DNA of 64,000 bases from the human T2T-CHM13v2.0 reference genome, Homo sapiens. The position numbers were made by a program, and so were the translations under genes. The notes beneath the pieces were generated by a model. It had not been told where the DNA came from. It worked only from the letters and a program-made list of their open reading frames with translations, and made no database searches. Positions 34,770-48,427 of this stretch are shown here, piece by piece. Every line of letters starts with the position of its first letter. Within the stretch, counting starts at the first letter, position 1. The stretch lies in the NCBI RefSeq assembly GCF_009914755.1, contig NC_060925.1. One strand, given 5' to 3'.

Positions 34770-37518
34770 TCAAAGGCACAGAATAAGAACAAAAGAGTAA
34801 TATAAGAAAGATAAACTCACCATTAAAATTCAGTCTGTTTCATAACTATCTCACCCTAAGATTTTCCTTGGCTCTGGACTTACTCCATTGTCAGTTCTGT
34901 CTGTATACCCTCAAAGTGGAAAAGGATGACATCAAACAGAGAATAAGAGAGTGAGTGAAACAGGAAGAATGTAGAAATAAGGGGAAAAAAAACACGAGGA
35001 AGAATGCTCATTCATATAAAAGAAACAAAATCATTATTCTCATAGGAGGTATTCTCCAAATCCCATATGTGACATAAGAAGTGTCTGAGTAAGCATGTCA
35101 GTAAACTGATATACTTCCAAGGGGGACTAATTTGATAAGAATCACCCATTTGGATACATATGCTCAGCTGTCCTTTTAGGTGTTTTTCTTTTTTTTTGGC
35201 GGGAGCGAGGGCAGGGGGGGCCTAATTTTGGTATGAGGTCATACTCACTCCCTTGGTTGGTTAGATGAAAAGTGAAATCCACTACTAGGAAGAAACCCGT
35301 CTGGATGAGATAGAAAGGTTAGATGTTTGCAATATGGAATCCAACTTGGAGAAAAGTATCTTTGAATCTCGTCCTTAATAAAGGTAAAGTTCTTGAGGAT
35401 TTTGGACATCTCATAGCAATAATATGTGGGATAATATAACATTTTCAGGGCAAATAAGATGACAAAGGCCAAGGTAACCTCTAACATTGTAAGAGAGAAG
35501 TTCAAGAATGCAGAAAGACTTTAGGTTTGAAAGGCTGTAGAATGACTAGTAACAATAATTAACACCAATTCTTTCCTCCAGAGAAACTTGCAATGAAAAA
35601 AAATTCTGGTAAAACAAAAATCATTAAAGTTGTTATACAAAAGCTACCAAGTGACTCCAAAGATGTTTTTTCCAAAGGTGGGTCTTAGTAGGGTCTAGCT
35701 AAAAACTTTGTAATAGCACTTTGATTTCTTTGGAGGAAAGATAGCATTTGATGAAAAACAGTGAAGCTAAGAAATTTTACAACAATAAAGATGGATAAAA
35801 CAGGGAAGCTAAGAAACTTTATGATAAAACAGATGGAATATTTTTAACTTTAAAAGTGTTTCTTGAACTTCTATTCACTGTGGAAAAAAGAATTTCAAAA
35901 AGGAAAACTATATTTTTTATTAAATCCAATTATATAGTTGTCTTATTTAGATTTAAATAAAATTTAATAAAGCTTAATGTTGGGTTTCTTCCGCAAAACT
36001 TTTACAAACAAAAAGTTGGACTATAATGACCATTAAGTCATTGCTTCTGTGGTGAGGCACACATACATAAACACATGCACACACACTCAGAAAACAACTT
36101 CTAAGGCACACTAGATAAACTGAGGAAAGAGAAAGGGTGATTAAGCAGCTCCAGGCTATGGCAGTAACCCCTGGGCAAGAAAATTACTATCTCAGCTTAT
36201 TTGTCACACATTAGTGGCACACCAGTGTGACAGACCAGTTAGAAAGCTCTGAATGGGATATTCTGATTCAACAGTCTGCCTTAAGGAAATATAGCTGACA
36301 TTCCAAAAACAGAAGTAAAAAGTGAGATGTCCTAAATGCTATTTAATAAATTAAAATGTATCAATAACCATTTATCAAAAGTCTGTGATTTTTATGTTCT
36401 ACATTTTATGCTCTCATTTAAACTTGTTAATTCAAAGCCTTTTAGGATCCTCTTTAAAAGTTAAAACAGGGTAACTATATTTACAATACCAAAAGACATA
36501 GCAATGAATTACTATATTCTAAGTGGGTATCAATTTAATTTTAGTTCTGGGACAGTTCATTCAATTATCTAATGTTTACAATTTTTTCCTAAGTATTTTT
36601 ATAACTTTCTATTTTCAAACAGTGTCCACATGGTTGTTTCTGATAAGCAGGTGGGAAAATGTCAACTACACTAATAAATTTACCAGAAACCTGCATTTTC
36701 TTGAGGTTTTCTTTTGGTCTAGCTGATAACAACAGATTGCCAGTTAACTGGTTTCCTAAGTAAAACTAATTAGGTAAGTAACAAACTTAAAGAAAAAGAC
36801 GCCCAACATATCAACAACTTTGGTATTCCGTACTTTCACTGAAGAGACCTTAAATACATACGTTTTGTCATATACCACAAATGAAACTTTATAAAGAGGG
36901 CATAACATAACATGTGTAAAAGGTGTAAATGCATATTTCACTCTTGGTTCTATCTTTGAATAATTCTTTCAGAAATTACCATTACAACGTCCATACAAAT
37001 CTGATTCATATTAAGGCCTTAAGCCAAGAGAGCTTTGTATGTATGAGGTTCTTAATCAAATGGTCATCAATAACTCAATTAATGATATGCATATTTAAGT
37101 GTTTAGGGGTAAAGTATAACAAAGTAACTTTGAAGTGCATTAAAAAATAAGATCCCTACAATGGAAGATGAACAGCTGATAAAGCAACAGAAAAAGAAAA
37201 TATACCAAAATATTAATAGAGTGGAGATAGTGGGTTTATAGGTGTTCACTGTACAATTCTTTCAAATTCTATGTTTGAAATTTTTCACAGTAAAATACTG
37301 GGAGGAAAAGTTATTGATGAAAAACAATTCATCCCCTCTTTCCTCCTATCATCTGCTAAAAAGTAAACACTGGTCTACACTGCACTTCATTTACATATAT
37401 GAAAAGATATAAGTCCCCCAAAGATTACTTTAGAGTAGGCTCCGTTAGTTTATCCCTTTAATATTTTACAGTAGGTTTTGTGGTTATTACTTCAAGATCT
37501 ATATGCTCTCCCCCATTA

Positions 37519-37960
37519 TGTAGTGGTGATAGGATTGGAATGATACCACCCTAACTCCATGGGTAGGATCTGACTGGTCAAGTCTAAACCAAACAGGATA
37601 ACCATATCTGTTTTGTACAGTGATGGGTTCAGGGGGTGTTCAAATAGTGTGACTCACAACTTTTGCTGGTAATTATAGAGTACAGCTTCTTATTCTGGAC
37701 ACTATGATATATGAATATAAAGCTCATCTGTTAGCCATTTTAATATAATGAGGAAAACCTCCTGAGGATGGAAATGACAAAAACAGCAGAGCCTTCAGAA
37801 TCATGATTAGTTGCAAGTTGGAGCCCAAATCAAACTTTTTCTGAAGCATATTCTACTTCTAGACTTTTTAGCTATATAAGCCAATAAATCCCCTTTATTA
37901 CTTAAGCCAGTTTGAACTGGATATTCTATTATCTGCAACAAAAACATACTACCTAATAAA
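37519..37960 (+). mobile_element. MLT1 (MaLR) solo LTR relic
   Basis: 3' end gccaataaatcccctttattacttaagccagtttgaactgg...tgcaac...ctaata. Confidence 0.7.
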
Positions 37961-38024
37961 TATTTTTTAAATGGCTAAGGAAATGAATATAGTAATATGA
38001 ACAACATACCCTAGAAAATATTTA

Positions 38025-38215
38025 AAACAGTGATCCCCAAAGATAATTAGAGAAGTATCACTTTAGGAGTTTTACAAACATACAGATTAAGGAAACTCAC
38101 CCCGACCTCCTAATTCTAAATATCTAGGAACAGGACTTGAAAATAAGTGTATTTTGAAAGCTACACAAAGAGTGATTCTGACACAGCCAGTGACCTACAT
38201 TTGAAGTGTACTGGT
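38025..38215. mobile_element. MER5-like hAT-Charlie MITE
   Basis: cagtgatccccaaa...gtgattctgacacagccag...actg. Confidence 0.55.
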
Positions 38216-40004
38216 TTGAATAACCTTTGAAAATTAACTATTTTTTAAAACATAAATTCAAAATTCTATGTATATGCTAATAATAAATGCTTTTATCCTA
38301 TTTCCTGAGGATCTCAAATATTATTTTATAAGTTTAATCTCATTACAGATTTTTAGTATAGGTTTACATATAACAAAGAGATAAATATTTCCTTTAACTA
38401 CCCCCACCATGGTAAATGTGGCCATGACCAAGGCTCACACACTTATTTACAAATGGTCTCCACATTTCCAGAGTGAATATATCTAAAAACAAAAATAGAG
38501 GAAAACTGTCAAGGGTCCTTAAATTAATTTCTTTCAATTCTGCTATCAGTTTCACTTCACATTATTTCCATGTTAGTTTTCAGCTGGTCAGTTCCCTGTC
38601 TACAGAGGTTGGTTCAATTTTGAACTCAAATCCCTTTCTTGGTTAACCCAGCTCTCAAGCAGAAAATATTATTTTAAAGTTTAGTAACATATGATGAGGA
38701 ACTAAATAAAATATTTAGGATCTGAGAAAATTCCACATATATGACTTCCATCACTGAAAACTAAGATAATCATTCTAAGGAACAAAGAAAACCCAAACAT
38801 TTGGGGACCAGCAAAATAATTCTTTTAGCACTCAAAAGCGTTGTATCTGTAAAGAGACCATGGCAATAAATATGGAAACAATGAATCTTATTTTCTAACC
38901 TATATATTATATAGGTAATAGTAAAAAGCTGTGTTTTCTAATATAACACATAAGAGTATGTAGAAGAATATTGTACCAAGAGCAGTAATTCTGGTGTTTG
39001 ATTACCTGGATTGTTTGATAACGACCTACGCACACACATTCACTTGTTTTATCCCTGCAATCATGGAGAGCTGTAATTAGAGAAAGGATGAAGACAAGAT
39101 GGAATGTGCCCAGGATGTGTCACATATTCTGTTTGTTGAAAAATCAGTAAATGCTGCAATCCACAGGAAAATAAAAAGTGAATATGTATTTGTGCAATGT
39201 GTATATGGCCACAGTAGAAAGTGGGCATTTTATTCAGAGGTGTCTTCACCTGTATCAGCTGCACTACAACATACCACTTAAAAAGTTGAACAATTAAATG
39301 TGATGGTGCATCAACCTAAGAGATTGAAGAGAAAATGAGAAAGGTTTTCTCTACAGTTCTAAGCAGCATGGTTTTAACATGTTACAGTGCAGCAAAACTG
39401 AGACGAATAGAATGTCAAGTTGCTTTGAGCAAGTGTTTGGGATAAAGGTGGGGTTTAGTAGTGTATAATATTGAAAAACACTGGGGAGGTAAGAGAAAGA
39501 AAAGAAGTGGATCTCAAGCATGTTTAAATCCATACATTTAGTCAGGCTCATTTTTAAAGAGAAGTTGTAAAGGGTATCCTTAAGAGTCCATTCTTGTTTT
39601 TTAATCTGTTTGTGCTTGTTTTTCTATAAACAGAGTGGGGGAACATTTTAAAACATACAATAAACTGTTTATAAATAAATCTATACATAATTTATAAGGT
39701 CCTAAAAATGAATTTTTAAAAATCTGTGTTTTTAACATTGGTTATAACTTACCCTATCTTGGAAACTTTCTTAGGTAGGAAGACAGCAGATTTTAAAAGC
39801 TATGTTTCAAGCCATAGGTTTTAAAATACACTACACAATTGGACAGGTTGCTTACAAGTTGTGATTTTATTTTTTGAGCATTTAATCAGTTAACACCTAG
39901 TTAGTGTATCAGATGCATAACTGAAGTAGTAGAAAGTGCCCCAGACTAGGAGGCAAATATAAAAGCATCGAGTCCATTATTTTACAACTTACAAAATTTT
40001 CCCC

Positions 40005-40440
40005 TAGTTTTCAAACTTTTCAAATCTATAGAAGAGCAGAAATAATAGTACAATGACACCCATATACCCTTCAGCTATATTCACCAATTACCATTTTGCT
40101 ACGTGGGCTTTCGTTCTTTTGCTCTCTATGTGTACATATGTGTGCACACACACAGATTTTTTTCCTGAACCATTGGAATGTAAATTGCAGGTGTCATGAC
40201 ATTTTACTACCGTATATTTCATCATGCATCCTCTAAGAATAAAGAACTGCCCTATGTAACCAAATGTCATCATAACACTTAAATTTACAGTAAGTCCATA
40301 ATATCACTGAAGATAGTTTTTTTTCAGATTTCCCCAAAATGACTCAAAATATTTTATAACTGCCCATAATCAAACCAAGGTTCATGGTTACATTTTGTTA
40401 TTATATCCCTTTAGCCTCTTTTAATCTACAAGAGTCCCTG
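40005..40440 (-). mobile_element. Old L1 (L1MC-like) 3'UTR fragment
   Basis: aatagtacaatgacacccatataccc...ctgaaccattgga. Confidence 0.6.
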
Positions 40441-40444
40441 TGCC

Positions 40445-40748
40445 TTTTTTTTTTTTTTTTTTTTTCTGAGACAGAGTCTCACCCTGTTGCATAGTCTAGA
40501 GTGCAGTGGCATGATCCTGGTTAACTGCAATCTCTGCTTCCTGGGTTCAAGCGATTCTCATGCCTCCCGAGTAGCTGGAAGTACAGGCATGCACCAGCAC
40601 ACTTGGTTAATTTTTGTATTTTTAGCAGAGACAGGGTTTCACCATGTTGGCCGGGCTGGTCTCAAATTCCTGACCTCAAGTGATCCACTCACTTCAGCCT
40701 CCCAAAGTGCTGGGATTACAGGCGTAATCCCAGCCACCTTGCCTGACC
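40445..40748 (-). mobile_element. AluS
   Basis: Reverse dimer with a T tail. Confidence 0.9.
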
Positions 40749-42209
40749 TTATGCATTTTAGAATTTTTATCATATTGTTAATTTTTTGGAAGAGTCCAAG
40801 TCTGTAGATTGTATATTATCTAAGCTGAAACAGAAACATTTTCCATTCCAACATTATTCCAAATAAAATACTGTTTTTATTCCTTGTTCCCAAACCAAAT
40901 AGGCAGCAGAGTAAACTAATACAATGCATATTTAAGGGTTGGGTAAATCAAAGGATTAAGTATAGAAGACATGGGCACTAAAACTTAAATATCTGAAGTG
41001 AAGGACTCAGAAAACATAGGAACAGTGCTAAAAGACACTGGTAAATATGTATGACATGTATTCTACCTTAGAGTCATATGTATGATATTATGTATACATG
41101 TCCTACACATATGTATGTCATGTGTACATATGTATATTAGTTAACATACATATTTTGTATATGTACATTAAAAGTTAAACATAATATTGGCAGTTACAAT
41201 TTTTAAATTTTTTTGCCTTATGTTAAACGCAAGTATTGGTAGTTATAATTTTTAAATTTTTTGCCTCTTATTAAGAGACTAACCTATAGATTTAACCTTT
41301 CAGTGCTATGAAGTCCAAAGAATTCTCTCCATATTTAACATGACTTTATTTTTAAATTTTTACTAAAATATAAGTAAAATTATTAAGAAGAATATTGATA
41401 AAATGTATCAAGAGAGATAGCTAACAGGGGTAGAGTAAAAAGGTCAAATACAAAATACTGGTAGGCAAGTAACTGAATAATTTTTAGAGCAGCATTCCTA
41501 CTAGAATGTCTGGTACAGAAGTGGCTTTTGAATGGCTGATTTTTACATACAAATTTACCTGTAGTTTAAGACATCTGACAGACTGCTAGCCCACTGATTC
41601 TGGTTCCTAGTTCTGTCTATATCGCTGGGCAAATACAAGAGTGATATGTATTCTCCCAGTTAAAAATAAGAATCTGAGCCCTTTGATACAACTCTTAATG
41701 GCTGAGCCTCTTGTCAATCTTACATTTTCATTGTCATCTTTGGTAGTTCAATGATAACCACTGGAATATTCACTGGAATAACATGGGGAGCATTTAAAAC
41801 TTGTCAGAAACCTGGAATTCCCTTTGTAGCTTTGGGGCTAGGATTGCCAGTAATGTCCAAAGCATGAAAATAAGTGCTGAGTGCCACAAAAGGACATGAA
41901 AAAAACCTTGTAAGATACTTAAGACTTCAGAATATATTGAGAAAATGGCATTATCTCTATAACAGGGTGAGAGAACTCTAGGCCATACTCTTGCCAAGTC
42001 CAAATCAGCCTCTATACATGTTAGTCTACCAGTTCAGCAGAAGGGCCCCAATATAATTCCCTTTAAGGAACAAAGGCTTCCCTTTTCACCCCATGAAGCT
42101 TCTCCTGTTCTGTCAGGCATAGGCAGACTTAGGCTTGCTCATCTTCCCCAGGATCCTGCCCATTTCTCCTCCTCCCTTAATTTTCACTTCAGAATATGCT
42201 GGTCTGATT

Positions 42210-42370
42210 TGAAATATAAATTTAAGGGATTAGCTCACACCACTTGTAGGGACTGGCAGCCTGGAAGTTTTTGTACGGCTTGCCGGCAGGGCAGAAGTCC
42301 AGGAAATCCAGGTCAGACTTGATGCTGCAGGGTAGAATCAGTAGGGCGGGCCAGCAGGCTGTCTTGAGGA
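42210..42370. mobile_element. MLT2-like (ERVL) LTR fragment
   Basis: tttaagggattagctcacac...ttgtagggactggc...gttgatgctgcag-like segments. Confidence 0.5.
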
Positions 42371-43325
42371 AAGCTGGTTAGTGAATGCTTCATAAGTTTT
42401 CATCTGAACCAAAGCCGGTTCCTAAGATGCCTTCTTCAAACTGTTGGGATCACTTTAAATACACAACAAAGCCTTTCAGCCTGTTCTATCATTTGTCTCT
42501 TTGCAAAAAATATTTTATAGAGTAGGTGGATGACTTTAAATTCTGGGAAAGCATAGGGTTAGTCACAAAGAAACCTCTAACAAAGGGAGGATCTGCCATA
42601 AAAGGAAAGCATCAAATATCCACTCATTAAGCTTCATTTTGCTCATGAGACATTGCTCACACAGCTGGAAAATTCTGTAGCTGAAGAAAATGTGATTCAT
42701 CTTCTAGACAGATATTTTAATATCTTCATATTCCACGGCATGGGATTATCTCAGTGAAAGTTTTAGACCCATTTTTGCTTTCTGGCTTTGTTGTTGTTTT
42801 TTTGTTTGTTTTGGATACCATAAACTCTAAACAGATGCTTTTGTTTAGTGCAAGGTAGCTTTTGTCTTTTCCCTGTAAGGAAAGGCGCTATGGTGCTATA
42901 TTTCATTTACTAGTGATAAACACTGTCATGCTAGATTAAGTTAAGATTCTGACAAGTCTTTTGGGTGGTGGTGCACTGCATACCATGACTTTTAAAGAAT
43001 TAGTTTGAAAAGCCCTTTCTGGATCCATGTGAACGCTATTTCATCTTTCTGTCATTCTACTAATCCACATTGCTATTTCTCTAGATGCTCTTCTCCCAGC
43101 TTGATGACTATTATGGTCTAGAACTATTACCCCCATATGGTGGATTCTTGTCACCATTTCTTTCTTTTAGCAAAACTAAAGTGTGGAGAAATTCTGGAAT
43201 GAAAAATTAATACTAAATCCTCTTTTTTTTGGCATGGCCTCTTTACCTGTGTGTATCCTCATAGGTGGCTTGAACTGAACATAGCCTGGGCCTGGCCCCA
43301 AAAGCACTAGAGATTTAAAATGGAC

Positions 43326-43722
<397 letters not shown>

Positions 43723-43753
43723 TCATTATAAATGGCTCCAATATAAACCATGG

Positions 43754-43917
<164 letters not shown>

Positions 43918-44626
43918 TGAGACAGATCATAGCAGGACATGTGCTAGAATTGTTTTTCTAAAAATGCAGTACTTATTTTATGTTATTCATGTATCTTTTC
44001 TTGAGCCCTCTGTAAAGAGTGATATCAAGTCAAAGTTGGGAAGCAAAGCTGTCAAAGTTTCTCGTGTATCTTCTGTAGCATTGGATGATCAGATGGCTCC
44101 TAAATATTCATCTTATTAATAAACCATTCCCTTCCCTAGTCTGTCTGAATGGCCTATGAAGAGTTTATTTTGCCAAAAAATATTTAAATCAACTGATCAG
44201 ACTATTAGTGTATTCAAATTTAATAAGAGAGCCAATGGAAGGAGGCCAGTGTGGAAAACCAGATTATAATTACTTACGAATCCCTTCTCATATGAAGTCA
44301 AGGGAGACCAAGGTACAAAAAATAAAACAAAGATAAATCAAAGACAGCCTATAAAAAATATCAATGGTATTTTATATATTTCACGGAAATAATATACTAT
44401 AAAATTAATTTCCTTTTTCAGCAATTTTAATGTGATGGTTTGGTTTTACTGTGACTAATACAGTTATTAATAGCCATTTTTCCCCTCTGTATACATTTCT
44501 CCATTACTATTTATTACTTTTAGCTTATAAATGGGAGTTCACCTTTTGTATAGAAAGATCTAAATGTTTGAGGGGAAAAAACTAGAAAAAATAGTTTTAA
44601 CTAAAAAACAAAAGAAAGATATGAGC

Positions 44627-44710
44627 TCTCAAACTCCTGGGTTCAAGTGATCCACCCGTCTTGGCCTCCCAAAGTGCTGAGATTACAGGTGTGAGCCCCC
44701 GTGCCCAACC
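44627..44710 (-). mobile_element. Alu 5' fragment
   Basis: tctcaaactcctggg...gtgcccaacc. Confidence 0.8.
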
Positions 44711-45355
44711 TAAATTATTTAACTTAAACGGTCGCTTGTGATTAATAAACAAAGTAGAAATGTATTATAGTTTGTACTATCTATTTTACAAATGATAATA
44801 CTGAATCTTCAAGCTTCTCTTTAACCTTTCATTGTGAATAAACAATGACTCAGGGAGAAGGAACATTTAGAATAATAATCATATATGTATTATTAAAGTA
44901 GAAACAATGAAACCTTCAGATTGACAATGTATTTTTGTTGGAATTTTGTATCTATCATTATCGCTATACACTTATCTGATCAAGCTAAAGAAAACCCATG
45001 AGGCTAATGCTTGAACAAGAATGGCATTTAAAACTAATTTATATGTAAACATTTTTTTCAGCAAAATTCTAGAAGTTTGTCCATTTTAGAGTCATTCTTT
45101 CCTGTTTAGTCCAAAAATCAAATTCCACCCAGCAAGGACTGCTATTCCAATAATGTTGTAATCTTTTGCAATTGTCTGCTAGTGATCCTGATTCATATAT
45201 TGCATTCATAACAACCAAAAATAAAAGAATATTTAATTAACACTAGGCATTCTAAAAGCTTCAAAGCTTAAGTAATAAATTTTAAAAACCAATCAATGAT
45301 AGTTAAAGTAAGGGGTTCTCAATTTTACATATTTTGTTAAGCTTTATTGTACAGA

Positions 45356-45712
45356 CTAAAATTTTGGTTTTGTAGGCTCAGTATTACTAAGTTGCTTATT
45401 GTATTTAGTAGTTTCTTGTATCACCTCTTGTAAGTATCCAATTCGTTCATCACCAAAGTCATTAGGTTTTTCTTCTGAGAGGGAGGTGCCAAAACATGCT
45501 TTTTCAGTTGAATTTTGTGTTTTCTTTATCTTGCTTGCCATAACATTGCTGCATACACCTTCCATTCCTGCAAATACACTGAGCCTTGTCAGAACCAACA
45601 GTCTTATGTCTCCTAAATTAGTCCTTCATGCACTGGTTGCCCAGGGCTTTGATGTCTGGGGGCAGAACCAGGTGCAGCTGCAAGATATGTCTATACAAGG
45701 CCTGGACACAGC
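45356..45712 (-). pseudogene. Processed pseudogene of SDHAF3 (ACN9, LYR-motif succinate dehydrogenase assembly factor 3)
   Basis: Conceptual translation: [56 protein letters not shown]/.../[53 protein letters not shown]. Recalled SDHAF3: [52 protein letters not shown]...[53 protein letters not shown]. In-frame TAA at 45618-45620, frameshifts near 45575 and 45520-45535, no intron, no start codon. Confidence 0.9.
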
Positions 45713-46759
45713 ACTCTGTAGGTGGACTACCAGCCACTTGTTCAAAGGGCTATCTTATCTTTCAATCTGTTAATTTTACTGAATTAATGTTAAGTTGTTT
45801 TACAGTGTGAAGCAACTGTAATTCTTCTTATCCTTGAATTACCTTTCTTCTTGGTTGGGATTTTTGGTTTTGTGAATGGTATTTCTTTCTGCTAAATAAT
45901 AATCAATAATAATTAATAAATAATATAAACTAAATTGTTGTGCTATTTCTTTTCACCATGTTCATGGCTAGGTGATTGTCCACATATTCCAAGTACGCTA
46001 ATGATATGGATGACACTAACTATCTCTCCACCATATTTGAGATCTATTTCCTTTGCCTTCCAAGCTCAAGCTTGTTCTCACTTTTCTATAGTCTCAGGAA
46101 AATGCACAGTGAAAGAAAAAACCTAGCTAAACAAGGGCTCTTCTTACTCTTCTGAGATTTTGTTAAATATCTTGTACTACCTAGTTGGGGGAATATATCA
46201 CAAAACCTGAGTTTTAGGATTCAGATCATTTCCCATATTCAGTGTGTTGCCCTAGGGCCTTCACTTAAGAGTGAGGTGTCACTTTTCTGATCTCTTTCAC
46301 TTGGTTATCCTTTGCAGAAGTTTCTACCACTCCTCAGTCAGAAGATTACATACTCATTTTCCTTCTCTCCACATGTGAGATATAAATGAATTCTCCTGGG
46401 ATTTTGCTGACTTACACAGCCTGGAAATGGGATAGATAGTCAAGGTTAGAAGCCAAGCCCTGGCAGGCCTCTCTGCTCTACCACTGTCTGCTTCTTTTGT
46501 TAGCTGTCACTTTTTAAAGTTTATTGCATTAGGTTATGTTCCTTTTCCTCTCAGGTTTATTGGGCAAGTTTTTGCTTTAAAAAAAAAAAAACTATTTACT
46601 ATTTTGTTAGATAGTTGGGGTAGGTAATTCTGGGAGTTTCAAGCCATCTTTGGTGCAACATTTATTTAAATAAAGGAATCTTTACACAGAAAGTACTTAA
46701 AACCTGCTACCTGCTCTTATGGCATAGAAGGTCAATACATGACTATTTTCTCCCTCCTA

Positions 46760-47560
46760 AAATTCATTCAGCAACTATTTGTTGAGCACCTGTGATATGC
46801 CAGGCACCAGGCATACAGCAGTAAATAAGACAAACAAGGTTCTAATGTAGTCACGACTCGCTTAACAATGGGGATACATTCTGAGAAATGTGTTGTTAGG
46901 GGATTTCATCGTTGTGTGAACACCGTAGGGTGTATTTACACAAACTTAAATGGTAGTGCCCACTATACATTTAGACTATACAGTATAGCCTACTGTTCCT
47001 GGGCTACAAATATGTACAGCATGTTACCGTATGGAATACTGTAGGCAACTGTAACACAGTGGTTAAGTATTTGTGTGTCTAAATATTTAAACATAGAAAA
47101 GGTACAGAACACATACTGTCTCATAATCTTATGGGACCCAGATGATATATGTGGTCCATCGTTGACTGAAACATCATGGGGTGTGAGAGTTAATTTTTAA
47201 AGTAAAAATAATTTCAGGCACTGACAAGAGCCATAAAGAATATAAGACATGATAATGAGACACAGTAACAATGTGAGGGGCCTACTTTACAAAGGTGGTC
47301 AGGCAGTGACTTATATCTAGGCTGAGATTTAAATGATGAGAAGGTATCAGTCATGGGAAGATTAGGGAGCACAGAATTGCAATCATAAAAAAGAGCACAA
47401 GCAAAAGCCTTAATGTAGGAATGAAAGAGCTTGATTCAAGAAAAAAAAAGGAGGTGAGTAGTTGCTAGAACTAACTGGTGAAGGAGAATGCCATTTAAAA
47501 TGGGTCAGAGAAATGGGCAGGAGCCAGACAACACTCAGGGACTTTAAGGCCAGAAAAAAA
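46760..47560 (-). mobile_element. L2 3' end relic interrupted by Tigger3a
   Basis: ttcattcagcaactattt...gagcacctg...gccaggcac is the reverse L2 terminus; L2 resumes at about 47210. Confidence 0.65.
46848..47185. mobile_element. Tigger3a/MER7A MITE
   Basis: gcttaacaatggggatacattctgagaaatg...cataatcttatgggacc...gttgactgaaacatc. Confidence 0.85.
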
Positions 47561-48098
47561 GGTGGCCCTTTTGCTTGGTAGCCCAAGTTTCCTTTGTTAC
47601 TTTTTCCCTATAATTATCTGGAAGTTCTAGTTCTTATTTCCTTTCTAGCAACAGTTACTTTAAATGTCATTTAAATATACATAAAATATTATGATAATCA
47701 TATAAATTCATAAAGAATAAAAAGTGAACTCATATCCTCTACTCTTTTGCACCAAGCCCTTTACTATCTCCTGAAGGAATATTTCAACAGTTTTGACAGG
47801 ATCACTGCAGCCAATTTCAATGCATTTAAGTACATATGCATGTAACATATATACATATTAACATGCACATGTACTTAATATATATAAATACAATACATAT
47901 ACTCACAAATGCTTTTTAATACATACAAATGGGAATATATATTCTGCTTATAATTTGCTTTTTTCACCTAGTATGTCTTGTAGATCTTTATTCTTTCTGA
48001 AAGACGCAGAATATTCCAGAGTATAAATATACTATAGTGTAACCATTCTCCTACTGATGGGTAGTTACTATTTTTTCTAAATATTAAAAATAACCTTG

Positions 48099-48427
<329 letters not shown>

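Noticed and set aside
35245-35505. 86-aa ORF ending at a GTGAGT donor-like site
   Set aside because: No recognisable protein and no convincing acceptor or ATG context.
45356-45598. 80-aa ORF as a functional protein
   Set aside because: It begins at a non-ATG codon; the N-terminal half is out of frame with SDHAF3 and only the C-terminal part is homologous.
45843-45891. 49/46-nt exon (TAG CAG acceptor, AAG|gtaatt donor) just upstream of the retrocopy
   Set aside because: No real pyrimidine tract (ATT-rich only), not frame-preserving, no recognisable peptide.
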